A DNA stretch of 64,000 nucleotides from Candidatus Nomurabacteria bacterium (GCA_020632375.1 JACKFR010000001.1:149106-213105), one strand, 5' to 3'. Shown: positions 35,543-43,697, counted from the first letter of the stretch. A program made the numbers and translations. The notes: generated from the letters alone by a model not told the origin.

Positions 35543-36142
35543 ATGGATACTAATATGCTTACTAAAATTGAAGGCGATCAGTACAAGAAAAGGCCGGATG
35601 TAAAGGTCGGAGACACTGTTAGGCTTCACATGAGAATTAAAGAAGGAGATAAAGAAAGAATTCAGGTTTTTGAAGGAATCGTGATCTCATTAAAAGGATC
35701 TGGTATGAGTAAAACAATGACTGTTAGAAAGATTTCAATGGGGGTCGGTGTTGAGCGAATTGTTCCTTTCCATTCTCCGCTATTAGATAAGATTGAGATT
35801 GTTAAGAGAGCTCAAAAAACACTTCGATCAAAACTTTATCACATGCGTAAACAAGTTGGGCGCAAAGCTTCAAAAATATCTGGATCGGAACAGGTTTATA
35901 TGGTTGATGAGGAAGATAAACCTGAGGCTGAAGAAGAGCCTACAAAGTCAGATTCTGCAGATACAACTAAAACTGATGTTGTTATAGAGGATACTCCAGC
36001 CACCGCGGAGGCAAAAGAGGAGTCTGGAGATAAGCCAGAAGAACAGCCAGATGCTAAGGGTTCCAAAGAAGATGCTCCTGATAAGGACAAAGAAAAGAAC
36101 AAAAAAGCAGAAAAGCCGGAGGAGTCATCAAAAGAGAAGTAG
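35543..36142 (+). CDS. rplS: 50S ribosomal protein L19 with an ~85-aa acidic/Lys-rich C-terminal extension
   Basis: The first ~115 aa (VGDTVRLHMRIKEGDKERIQVFEGIVISLKGSGMSKTMTVRKIS.GVGVERIVPFHSP) are collinear with L19. Residues ~115-199 are a low-complexity E/K/D/P/T tail. Confidence 0.9.
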   Translation: MDTNMLTKIEGDQYKKRPDVKVGDTVRLHMRIKEGDKERIQVFEGIVISLKGSGMSKTMTVRKISMGVGVERIVPFHSPLLDKIEIVKRAQKTLRSKLYHMRKQVGRKASKISGSEQVYMVDEEDKPEAEEEPTKSDSADTTKTDVVIEDTPATAEAKEESGDKPEEQPDAKGSKEDAPDKDKEKNKKAEKPEESSKEK

Positions 36143-36183
36143 CTTGCTTTAAGCATCTATTTAAATACACTTTCATAAAGAGC

Positions 36184-36260
36184 GGCGGGAGTAGTTCAAT
36201 TGGCTAGAATGTCTCCCTTCCAAGGAGAAGGTTGCGAGTTCGAATCTCGTCTCCCGCTCC
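36184..36260 (+). tRNA. tRNA-Gly (anticodon UCC), CCA encoded
   Basis: GCGGGAGTAGTTCAATTGGCTAGAATGTCTCCCTTCCAAGGAGAAGGTTGCGAGTTCGAATCTCGTCTCCCGCTCCA, with anticodon loop CTTCCAA. It is the only tRNA in the window with a genomic CCA. Confidence 0.92.
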
Positions 36261-36301
36261 ACTTGCAAAAGAAAACCTCCAATGGAGGTTTTTTGTTGCA
36301 A
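36261..36301 (+). terminator. rho-independent terminator after rplS and tRNA-Gly
   Basis: Inner stem aaacctcc (36272-36279) pairs with ggaggttt (36283-36290) and is followed by T residues. Outer stem cttgcaa pairs with ttgcaag. Confidence 0.7.
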
Positions 36302-36636
36302 GTATAGGTGTGCCACAGATAAGAACTCGATTAGTGCTAAGCACTGAGAGTTCGCATAGATCAATGATAATACTATAGATCTATCTAGCTCAGCTGCGAA
36401 GTGGCAAGAGTTTCTTTCGCCTCCTACCGTTTGAGAAAGAAGTAAACGGGAATAAGCATACACCAAGCAAATGAAACAAGGCTGAACGTTGCTGCGGTCT
36501 CCAGCACTAGCATGAATATAGTCGGAAAATAGCTGTCGTTCATTGTAGACGTTTATAATTAAACTTACTTTACATGCATGAGTGTTTCATTATATTAATG
36601 CATCTGCCTGTTCTATAATTCCTCGAATTCTTCAAG

Positions 36637-36642
36637 TATAAT
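36637..36642 (+). promoter_or_regulatory. -10 box 7 nt upstream of an ATG (candidate leaderless promoter)
   Basis: The sequence is agTATAATtacgtcaATG, with the ATG at 36650. No SD is present. Confidence 0.4.
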
Positions 36643-36649
36643 TACGTCA

Positions 36650-37180
36650 ATGGACTCTAAAAATCCAAAAAACATACCCTCCAACTACGCCTTCATTGAC
36701 AGCCAAAACCTGAATCTTGGGACTAAATACAGCGGCTGGGAACTAGATTTCGGCAAATTCCGCCTTTTTCTAAGAAACAAATACAATGTCAAAAAAGCAT
36801 TCCTATTTATCGGCTACATTGAAGGGAATACGTCTCTTTACCGCTATCTTCAAGACAGCGGTTACATCTTAATCTTCAAAAATGTATTAGAGATAAAAAA
36901 TGGTGAAAAAATAACATACAAGGGTAATGTCGACGCAGAGCTCGTCTTACATGCAATGATTGAAATAAACAATTACCACAAGGCCGTAGTCGTCTCGGGC
37001 GACGGAGACTTTTTTTGTCTTATCGAGTACCTTCAAGAAGCAAACAAGCTTGAAAAGGTTATTGTACCGAACCGCAAATACTCGTCACTCCTCAAAAAGT
37101 ATGCTAAATATATTTATTCTATAGCCTTCTCAAAAAAGAAACTACGAATTGCGAATAAAGCAAATGCGAAGAAGAATTGA
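36650..37180 (+). CDS. NYN/LabA-like domain protein (PIN-like putative RNase)
   Basis: 176 aa with the acidic NYN motifs YAFIDSQNLNLG, KGNVDAELVLH and VVVSGDGDFFCLIEY. Confidence 0.8.
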   Translation: MDSKNPKNIPSNYAFIDSQNLNLGTKYSGWELDFGKFRLFLRNKYNVKKAFLFIGYIEGNTSLYRYLQDSGYILIFKNVLEIKNGEKITYKGNVDAELVLHAMIEINNYHKAVVVSGDGDFFCLIEYLQEANKLEKVIVPNRKYSSLLKKYAKYIYSIAFSKKKLRIANKANAKKN

Positions 37181-37280
37181 GAGGCATTCCCGCGGTATAT
37201 GAGAATAACCTTTGGTAGTCCTCTCATGGTGATGTATAATTATATCCTTTTATGGTTGGTGTTTCAACTGATAAAACCTA

Positions 37281-37976
37281 TTAAAACTCATCGACCTCGT
37301 ATGGTTTCTCCACAAAAAATTCTTTAGGAGGCTTCAAGTACCAATTGTAAATATCCATATCAGAATAAAACTTCTTTTTTACCTTTGGAAAGTCAGCTAA
37401 GTTTATCCATTTGTTCTCACCACCCTCGAAATTGCCGAGCTTTCCTGTCACTCCAGCTAGCTTCACTACATGAAAAATCTTGTCTTCAAGAAGTTCTCTT
37501 TGTGGGCTGTATACATGTTCATGCAAGATAAATACTACTTTGGCTTTCTCCGCAGTTAACCCAGTCTCTTCTTTTAGCTCTCTTTTTGCTGCTTCGTTGA
37601 TTGGTTCACCGAAGCGGACCTTCCCTGTCGGACAGCCTTCGAAGCCATAGTAGGGATTCTTTAGCCTTTTCTGAAGAACAATTTGTCGTTTCCCTCTAAA
37701 CTCTCGCTCAGCAAACACCAATACAGCAACTTTAGGCTGCTTCTCTATTATCGCTTTGTCTGTATCCATTGTGTTTGCATACTCCTTCCCCTTTGCTGTG
37801 AGGTTATATTTCCCGTCATCATTCCTACTAATTAACTCGAGCATCTTGAGAGACTTAATGTAGTATGAGAGATGGTCAGAAGTTAGGTTAGATGCATTTA
37901 AATCTCTAAATCGACTATCTGGGTTAAAGAGGAGATGTCTAAGAATTTTTATCTGGTAACGATTGAGAAAGCTCAT
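37281..37976 (-). CDS. winged-helix + NUDIX hydrolase fusion protein
   Basis: 231 aa with an N-terminal wHTH-like region. The Nudix box GKVRFGEPINEAAKRELKEETGL fits GX5EX7REUXEEXGU. Confidence 0.8.
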   Translation of the reverse strand: MSFLNRYQIKILRHLLFNPDSRFRDLNASNLTSDHLSYYIKSLKMLELISRNDDGKYNLTAKGKEYANTMDTDKAIIEKQPKVAVLVFAEREFRGKRQIVLQKRLKNPYYGFEGCPTGKVRFGEPINEAAKRELKEETGLTAEKAKVVFILHEHVYSPQRELLEDKIFHVVKLAGVTGKLGNFEGGENKWINLADFPKVKKKFYSDMDIYNWYLKPPKEFFVEKPYEVDEF

Positions 37977-38132
37977 TTAATAAAGTTCGAATAATTTATG
38001 TTCACTCATTATTGGTGATTTTACAGCAGTCGCAAAATGATTCCAGTTAAAAAACTTTCAGCTAGAATTTAGCTTGAGTTTGATCATACTGAGGGCATAC
38101 GTTACCGGATTCCAACACCAATTCTCCAAACG

Positions 38133-38141
38133 TGTTATAAT
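38133..38141 (+). promoter_or_regulatory. extended -10 promoter (TGtTATAAT) of the DEAD-box helicase long leader
   Basis: A perfect TGnTATAAT at 38133-38141, about 260 nt upstream of the ATG at 38401. Confidence 0.45.
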
Positions 38142-38400
38142 CTCGCGTTAATGGTTAAGGTTCAATAACTTTCAATACAAAAGTTATTAGGAGAAGTGAA
38201 CTAGCCTCAAATAAAGACTAAACATACTTACACCTAGATCATTAGTGTAAGTACTGAATATCTTTTCTCAAAACGAAAATCTACTTGGTACTTGTTGAGA
38301 GACAGTATCTATTGACCCAATTTCCTGTTTCAAGACAAAAAAGCCGTTTCGGCAGTTTCTATGCCATAAGCGACTTAATAAATTTTTATAAAGTAAATAA

Positions 38401-39624
38401 ATGTATAGACAAGGTAACAGCAAGAACAGTTATAATAGAAGGCACTATTCAGGTGGCAGATCCCGTGGTAGACGTAATTTCGGCGGTGGAGGAACGAGAC
38501 GATTTGCAAAGAGCAAGATCAATCCGAGTAAATATGTGTCCAAAGTCATTGACGAATCTATTTCACAGTCGAAAGAATATGAAGGTGTGGACTTTTCTAC
38601 ATTCGACTTGTCACCCGAGCTGATGAGAAACATTGCGAGTAAAGGATATAGTAAAACAACGGAGATTCAAGAAACTGCAATACCACTTGCACAGGCGGGT
38701 AAAGACATATTAGGTGTTTCGTCAACTGGCTCTGGTAAAACAGGAGCATTTTTAATCCCACTCATAGATAAGATCTTTAAGTTTCGCGATCAGAAAATAC
38801 TTATCATTGCACCAACAAGAGAGCTTTCACAACAAATTATGAAAGAAGGAATCTCTTTGGTTCGTGGAAGTAGGATTAGATTGGAGGTATTAATCGGAGG
38901 CGAGAGTATTTCACGACAGATATGGAAATTAAAAGGTAACCCAGAGATTGTTGTTGGTACACCAGGGCGCCTTCTAGATATGGTTGATAGAGGAGCACTT
39001 CGATTAAATCAGTTTAATAATATTGTGTTGGATGAAGTAGATCGAATGCTTGATATGGGTTTTATCAACGACATTAAAAAAGTCTTCGAGGGCACTCCTA
39101 AAGAGAAACAGGTTCTATTTTTTTCCGCAACTATAAACGACAAAATCCAGAGAGCAATAAATGATATGAGCAGAGATTATGAGACAATTAAGCTTTCAGC
39201 AAATACTCCGATCGGAAGAATTAAGCAAGATATAGTCTATTTCTCACAGACTAGTGAGAAAGTAGAGCTGTTGCATGAAATCCTTTTGAGGGAAGAGGTT
39301 ACAAAAACTTTAGTTTTTGTTGGAACAAAAAGATACGCAGACAGGATTGGAGATCAACTTAGTTCTAAGGGGATCAGCTCTGCTGTGATCCACGGTGATA
39401 AACGACAATCCAAGAGAAAGCAGGTACTTGATCTTTATAGGAACTCCAGAGTGAGTGTTCTTGTTGCAACCGATGTTGCAGCACGGGGTATAGATATCGA
39501 TGACATATCTCACGTTATTAATCTCGACGAACCCAACGATTTTGATTCATATATTCATCGTATTGGACGAACTGGGCGAAACGGAAGGTTAGGAAATGCA
39601 TATACTTTTGTACAGAAAGGCTAA
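38401..39624 (+). CDS. DEAD-box ATP-dependent RNA helicase
   Basis: 407 aa with motif I SSTGSGKTGAF, Ia PTRELS, II DEVD, III SAT and VI HRIGRTGRNG. An unusual N-terminal Arg/Gly-rich segment (GGRSRGRRNFGGGGTRR) is present. Confidence 0.92.
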   Translation: MYRQGNSKNSYNRRHYSGGRSRGRRNFGGGGTRRFAKSKINPSKYVSKVIDESISQSKEYEGVDFSTFDLSPELMRNIASKGYSKTTEIQETAIPLAQAGKDILGVSSTGSGKTGAFLIPLIDKIFKFRDQKILIIAPTRELSQQIMKEGISLVRGSRIRLEVLIGGESISRQIWKLKGNPEIVVGTPGRLLDMVDRGALRLNQFNNIVLDEVDRMLDMGFINDIKKVFEGTPKEKQVLFFSATINDKIQRAINDMSRDYETIKLSANTPIGRIKQDIVYFSQTSEKVELLHEILLREEVTKTLVFVGTKRYADRIGDQLSSKGISSAVIHGDKRQSKRKQVLDLYRNSRVSVLVATDVAARGIDIDDISHVINLDEPNDFDSYIHRIGRTGRNGRLGNAYTFVQKG

Positions 39625-39707
39625 TACTTAGAATTGAGACAATTTCGTGAGTGCAAGATGTTTCTGATTGATGTAAAATATTCCGTCTAAGCTATTAATA
39701 TAATGAA

Positions 39708-40202
39708 GTGTTAAAAAACCTTTCTCCAATTGCAATTTTAATAATTATAGTGGTTACTTTTGTTTTAGTTTTTCTCCTACTATATAACCTAAACAAAATT
39801 GTAGAATCTACAAAAAAAGGGGATTCTGGAGACCAAATCGCTCAAAGCTCTGAAACTACAGCTATGGGTCAGGATGTGGACAAGCTTGAGACAAAGACAT
39901 TAATAGAAGGAAAGGGAGCAAAAGCTAAAGTCGGTGACACAGTAAGCGTTAATTACAAAGGAACTCTCCTTGACGGGACTCAATTCGACAGTTCATATGA
40001 TCGAGGTACGCCATTTGAATTTACACTGGGTGAAAATAGTGTTATTCAAGGCTGGGAACAAGGTGTTCTTGGGATGAAAGTTGGGGAAAAACGTAGGTTA
40101 ATAATACCCTCGTCACTTGGGTATGGTGAAACTGGTGCTCCGCCAAGTATCCCGGGAAATGCAGGGTTAGTGTTTGAGATTGAGCTTTTAGAGATTAAAT
40201 AG
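39708..40202 (+). CDS. FKBP-type peptidyl-prolyl cis-trans isomerase, membrane anchored
   Basis: 164 aa with an N-terminal TM, VNYKGTLLDGTQFDSSYDRGTPFEFTLG and GMKVGEKRRLIIPSSLGYG. The start codon is GTG. Confidence 0.88.
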   Translation: MLKNLSPIAILIIIVVTFVLVFLLLYNLNKIVESTKKGDSGDQIAQSSETTAMGQDVDKLETKTLIEGKGAKAKVGDTVSVNYKGTLLDGTQFDSSYDRGTPFEFTLGENSVIQGWEQGVLGMKVGEKRRLIIPSSLGYGETGAPPSIPGNAGLVFEIELLEIK

Positions 40203-40459
40203 TGCAAAGTTTTGATCTTTATGCTTTCAGAAAGGTTCTAGAAATACTGGGTTTCAATCCAAAGTCTTTCTGGGCTCTAGAAACGATGTTTATAATTGGA
40301 CTCGCGATATTTGTTGCGGGTCACCCTAATCAATCAGTTGATAAATCTTTTTGCGATTTTGTTGCGTCATTCGTAAACTCTTTTTACCACTGCCTGAGCG
40401 AAGAGCAAAAGACAAGTATCAGCTTAATCTTTGGAAATGTTTTGCATGGGTTCGTTTAA
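40202..40459 (+). CDS. hypothetical small protein (uncertain)
   Basis: 85-aa ORF. Its GTG overlaps the FKBP stop (taGTG). No family recognised, and it lies in a region where all three forward frames are open. Confidence 0.3.
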   Translation: MQSFDLYAFRKVLEILGFNPKSFWALETMFIIGLAIFVAGHPNQSVDKSFCDFVASFVNSFYHCLSEEQKTSISLIFGNVLHGFV

Positions 40460-40796
40460 TAGGTTTTGGGGTCGTTCTGACCAAACACCCTCGAATAGTA
40501 GGCCTCAAGAAGACTTCCCCGAGGCTCTTGAAGCCCATACAGAAGCCCAACTGGGTGTTCTGAGATTCCTGTGGGAGGTGTCAAGAGATCAGTTTAAAGT
40601 AGGCGGGCGGATCGCTTTGGGTCAGTTTCTCTATGGGATGACGCTGCTTCAGTATAAAGCTGTATTACCAGAAATAAGGACATTTCTTCATGCTGGCTCT
40701 GAGATTCTGGTTGTGGTTAGGACAATTGGGGAACAGTATCATACTCAGTTCAGAAGTCCGGATTCGTTCGATGATGATCCTTGTCTTTTTGAATAG
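40446..40796 (+). CDS. hypothetical protein (G+C-rich patch)
   Basis: 116 aa from MGSFNRFWG (the track ORF starts at 40431). Local lines count 34/60 and 31/60 G+C. No family recognised. Confidence 0.4.
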   Translation: MGSFNRFWGRSDQTPSNSRPQEDFPEALEAHTEAQLGVLRFLWEVSRDQFKVGGRIALGQFLYGMTLLQYKAVLPEIRTFLHAGSEILVVVRTIGEQYHTQFRSPDSFDDDPCLFE

Positions 40797-40850
40797 ACAG
40801 AATTCTCCTTGTAGTAGGGCTACAAAACTTGATAAAATCTCAATAGACAT

Positions 40851-41909
40851 ATGAAAGAGATAAAGCTCCCTAAAACGAAAAATAAGAAACAAGCTTCCAA
40901 AAGCCAGTCTGATGACAATAGACAGGCAGGCTCAATCGCTTTAGATGACGTTTCTACTCGATCAGATAATACGCAGAATCCAGCCCCACCTCTTAGGAAT
41001 GTTGATCCGCTTAAGAAGGCATCTTCAAAACCAACCAGCAGTGCTCCATTAAAATCTTCTTTTGGGACTAAGAAAGGCTTTTCTCGTAGGCAAGACTCTC
41101 AGTCGGGTATGCCTTCTCAAAATAGTTCTACTAGGAATTTCGGCGCGCCTCCAATGAATTCAGGTATGCCTATGGGGCAACCAGGTGGTTTTAGTGGCGG
41201 TTTCGGAGGAGATCCATGGAGTGGTGGTAATTCATGGGGAGACCCATGGGGAAACTCAAGTGGTAATAACCAGAAGAAAAAACTGACTCCTCAGGAACGA
41301 ACTGAGATGATAGAGAAAGTTTATCAACAGGTTTTAGGAAGAAAAGCTGATACAAGAGATATTAATTATTACAAGTATAGCTCATTAGGCGAAGAAGAGA
41401 TCATAAAGCAGCTCCTCGATGGTAAAGAACATAAACAAGTAATAAATGATGGGCGTGATTATAAAAGTATGACTTCACGTGCGGAAAAGGCAGAAACTAG
41501 GGTTAAAGTTTTAGAGTCACAAATTCAAGATCAACTTAAAGAGTTTAAAGAGCTTACAAATTTATTAAGAGAAAAGAATCAGCATATTCAACGATTAAGG
41601 CTCGAGTCTGATAATCCATACGATTTTGTTCATAATAATCAACGAATTAAACTTCAAAAGTCTGGAGAAGGTCATTATATGAGGAGTGATGAAAGAACCT
41701 CCCAAGCACAAACAGTTGGTGCAGAAGATGTATCTGAAAATCCATATTTAGCAGTTGAACCGAACCCTCAAGAGACTGAAGTCAGTAGTACCGTTTTTTC
41801 TGCGCCACCTGGACAAGCTATTTCAAGGGGTTTGCAGCCTCCTGTACAGAAAGAAATGACTACTATTGAGAGACTTATAGAAAAGATTAAAGAGTTTATT
41901 TCTGTTTAA
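40851..41909 (+). CDS. Gly-rich low-complexity / DUF4214-like / coiled-coil protein
   Basis: 352 aa. Contains the GMPMGQPGGFSGGFGGDPWSGGNSWGDPWGN repeat-like tract, a DUF4214-like segment (IEKVYQQVLGRKADTRDINYYKY), and then coiled coil. Confidence 0.6.
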   Translation: MKEIKLPKTKNKKQASKSQSDDNRQAGSIALDDVSTRSDNTQNPAPPLRNVDPLKKASSKPTSSAPLKSSFGTKKGFSRRQDSQSGMPSQNSSTRNFGAPPMNSGMPMGQPGGFSGGFGGDPWSGGNSWGDPWGNSSGNNQKKKLTPQERTEMIEKVYQQVLGRKADTRDINYYKYSSLGEEEIIKQLLDGKEHKQVINDGRDYKSMTSRAEKAETRVKVLESQIQDQLKEFKELTNLLREKNQHIQRLRLESDNPYDFVHNNQRIKLQKSGEGHYMRSDERTSQAQTVGAEDVSENPYLAVEPNPQETEVSSTVFSAPPGQAISRGLQPPVQKEMTTIERLIEKIKEFISV

Positions 41910-41920
41910 GAATAATTAAT

Positions 41921-41929
41921 TGGTATAAT
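41921..41929 (+). promoter_or_regulatory. extended -10 (TGgTATAAT) 7 nt upstream of an ATG (candidate leaderless promoter)
   Basis: The sequence is atTGgTATAATctaggatATG, with the ATG at 41937. No SD is present. Confidence 0.45.
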
Positions 41930-41936
41930 CTAGGAT

Positions 41937-42242
41937 ATGCTAAACGGACTGGGTGATAGAATAAAAAAATATAGAGAGCGAACCGGTATCTCACAAAAGA
42001 AACTAGGACTTGCCCTAGGTCTTTCTGACAAAGCTGTGAGTGCTTATGAGAGTGGCAGAACCCTGCCACCTCTCGAAACACTTTATAGAATTTCTTCAGA
42101 ATTGAAAAAGCCTGTAAGGTATTTTTTGACTGATGAGCCTGAGTTAACTGAGATTGATGAAAGACTACATACAATTGAAACAGCACTTTATAGCATCCAG
42201 GAAGAGATTGCAGGACTTAAAAAAAAGCTAAATTCCAAATAA
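41937..42242 (+). CDS. XRE-family helix-turn-helix transcriptional regulator
   Basis: 101 aa with LGDRIKKYRERTGISQKKLGLALGLSDKAVSAYESGRTLP (HTH_3) and a C-terminal coiled coil. Confidence 0.85.
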   Translation: MLNGLGDRIKKYRERTGISQKKLGLALGLSDKAVSAYESGRTLPPLETLYRISSELKKPVRYFLTDEPELTEIDERLHTIETALYSIQEEIAGLKKKLNSK

Positions 42243-42243
42243 C

Positions 42244-43086
42244 TTAGAGCTGTTCAAGCGTACTTTCAAGTGATCGGATTTCTTGAAGGTGAATACTTAT
42301 CAAGTTAGTAATTTCTTTGTCAGATGAAGTTCTGAGCTTATCTTTTTCTTTATCTAGAGTGTTTATAGATTTCCGAAGTGTTTTTGCTTGATCTTCGTCT
42401 TGTGCCTCGATTGCAGCATAGAGAGACCTCGTTGCCTGCCAATACTCTTTCTTTTTGTTTAAATATTCTACGGTCTCCTTGGTTTCATAAGGTAAGTCAT
42501 TAACCAAGTCTCTTTCTTTGTTTATTTCGTTTATACATTTTTCTAACGCCGCTACTACTTTTTTATTTGAATCTTCAAAATTTATTTTGTTAAAGCAGCT
42601 GTTAGAGGCTTGTGCTTGGAAGTAGTAGTTATTTGTGATTGAATCGAAGCTAAGTAAAGAGTCATACTCAAAGTATAGTTCACGGCTTATACTATCGTAC
42701 TGCCTGATTATATTCGTATCATCATTGTTGCTGAGCTTTAGTATCTTTTCAGAATAATCAAATACTTTATCGAGTTCTTCAGATCTACCTTTGTTTAAAT
42801 CTTGGAGTAGTGTGAGTTGTTTCTTTCTATCCTTTAATTTCGTCATTGTGTTTAGTTTGTCAAACTCCAGGTTAAACTCGTTGTTCAGTTGCTCAAGTTT
42901 GTTGACTTCAAATTGACGATTCTGTATTAAGGCATCTAGGTCTTCGGAGTCAGCCTTCCTCAAATTTCTGTCGGTCAAGAAAATAAAAACAATAATTGTG
43001 AGCAACACAAATATTACAGAAAGAACGGTTGCATATACTACAAGGTATCTTTTTTTTACATCGTTTATTGAGGCGGCTTGAACCAT
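42244..43086 (-). CDS. membrane-anchored coiled-coil protein (hypothetical)
   Basis: 280 aa with an N-terminal TM (LVVYATVLSVIFVLLTIIVFIFL), followed by long heptad-like Lys/Glu/Leu/Asn-rich sequence. Last gene of the 47528->42244 operon. Confidence 0.55.
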   Translation of the reverse strand: MVQAASINDVKKRYLVVYATVLSVIFVLLTIIVFIFLTDRNLRKADSEDLDALIQNRQFEVNKLEQLNNEFNLEFDKLNTMTKLKDRKKQLTLLQDLNKGRSEELDKVFDYSEKILKLSNNDDTNIIRQYDSISRELYFEYDSLLSFDSITNNYYFQAQASNSCFNKINFEDSNKKVVAALEKCINEINKERDLVNDLPYETKETVEYLNKKKEYWQATRSLYAAIEAQDEDQAKTLRKSINTLDKEKDKLRTSSDKEITNLISIHLQEIRSLESTLEQL

Positions 43087-43694
43087 GCTTTTATCGGCTG
43101 TTTAAATTTTCTAAATCCGAAATAAGTCCCTGCTATGATACTTGCGAAAATAAGCAGAATAACAGTGTATCTAATAATACTTGCTATAGTATAGCTCGAA
43201 GTCTCTGGATCTGTAACCAGATTTGTTCCAAAAGTAAGTGTTATATTCTCAGATGAGGTGTAATTACTTCCGTATCCCCAGTTTGTTACGTTCGCTGTGA
43301 TTGTATAGGTTCCAGGTTTCCCAGGAAAAACATATGCTTTTCTTTTAAAAGCTTCACCCTTTCCCGCAGAAAAAAAGTTTTGATTTTTGTCAACAATTTC
43401 AACGCCATATGGAACATCCCAAGAAACTTCAGTTCTGTTTGAGTCTAGGTTTGGTGTAATAGTTAGTGTGACAGGGACTTTTTTATTCCATGGTGACTGT
43501 GTCCCGACATCAATCTTTATATCAAATACCATCGAGGGTATGACAGGTTCTTGGGTCGCTTCTTGATTTGGTGCTGTAGGATTGTCTGTCTCAACATTTT
43601 GTGCATAAACTGGGTAATTAGAGCATTGGGACAAAGAAATAATCATAACTGATGCCAGTGTTCCGATAATCATCTTAGTGTTGTTTTTAAACAT
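43065..43694 (-). CDS. secreted Ig-like/beta-sandwich protein with C-terminal membrane anchor (hypothetical)
   Basis: 209 aa with a signal peptide, a beta-rich central domain (PVTLTITPN..., GTYTITANVTN), and a C-terminal TM plus basic tail. Confidence 0.55.
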   Translation of the reverse strand: MFKNNTKMIIGTLASVMIISLSQCSNYPVYAQNVETDNPTAPNQEATQEPVIPSMVFDIKIDVGTQSPWNKKVPVTLTITPNLDSNRTEVSWDVPYGVEIVDKNQNFFSAGKGEAFKRKAYVFPGKPGTYTITANVTNWGYGSNYTSSENITLTFGTNLVTDPETSSYTIASIIRYTVILLIFASIIAGTYFGFRKFKQPIKAWFKPPQ

Positions 43695-43697
43695 GTT

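Noticed and set aside
36173-36466. 97-aa minus-strand ORF downstream of rplS.
   Set aside because: It runs straight through tRNA-Gly(UCC) and its terminator hairpin. The translation has no recognisable features.
40351-40563. 70-aa ORF in the third forward frame of the G+C-rich patch.
   Set aside because: It is an Arg/Lys/Pro-rich translation overlapping two other candidate ORFs, and is most likely a composition artefact.
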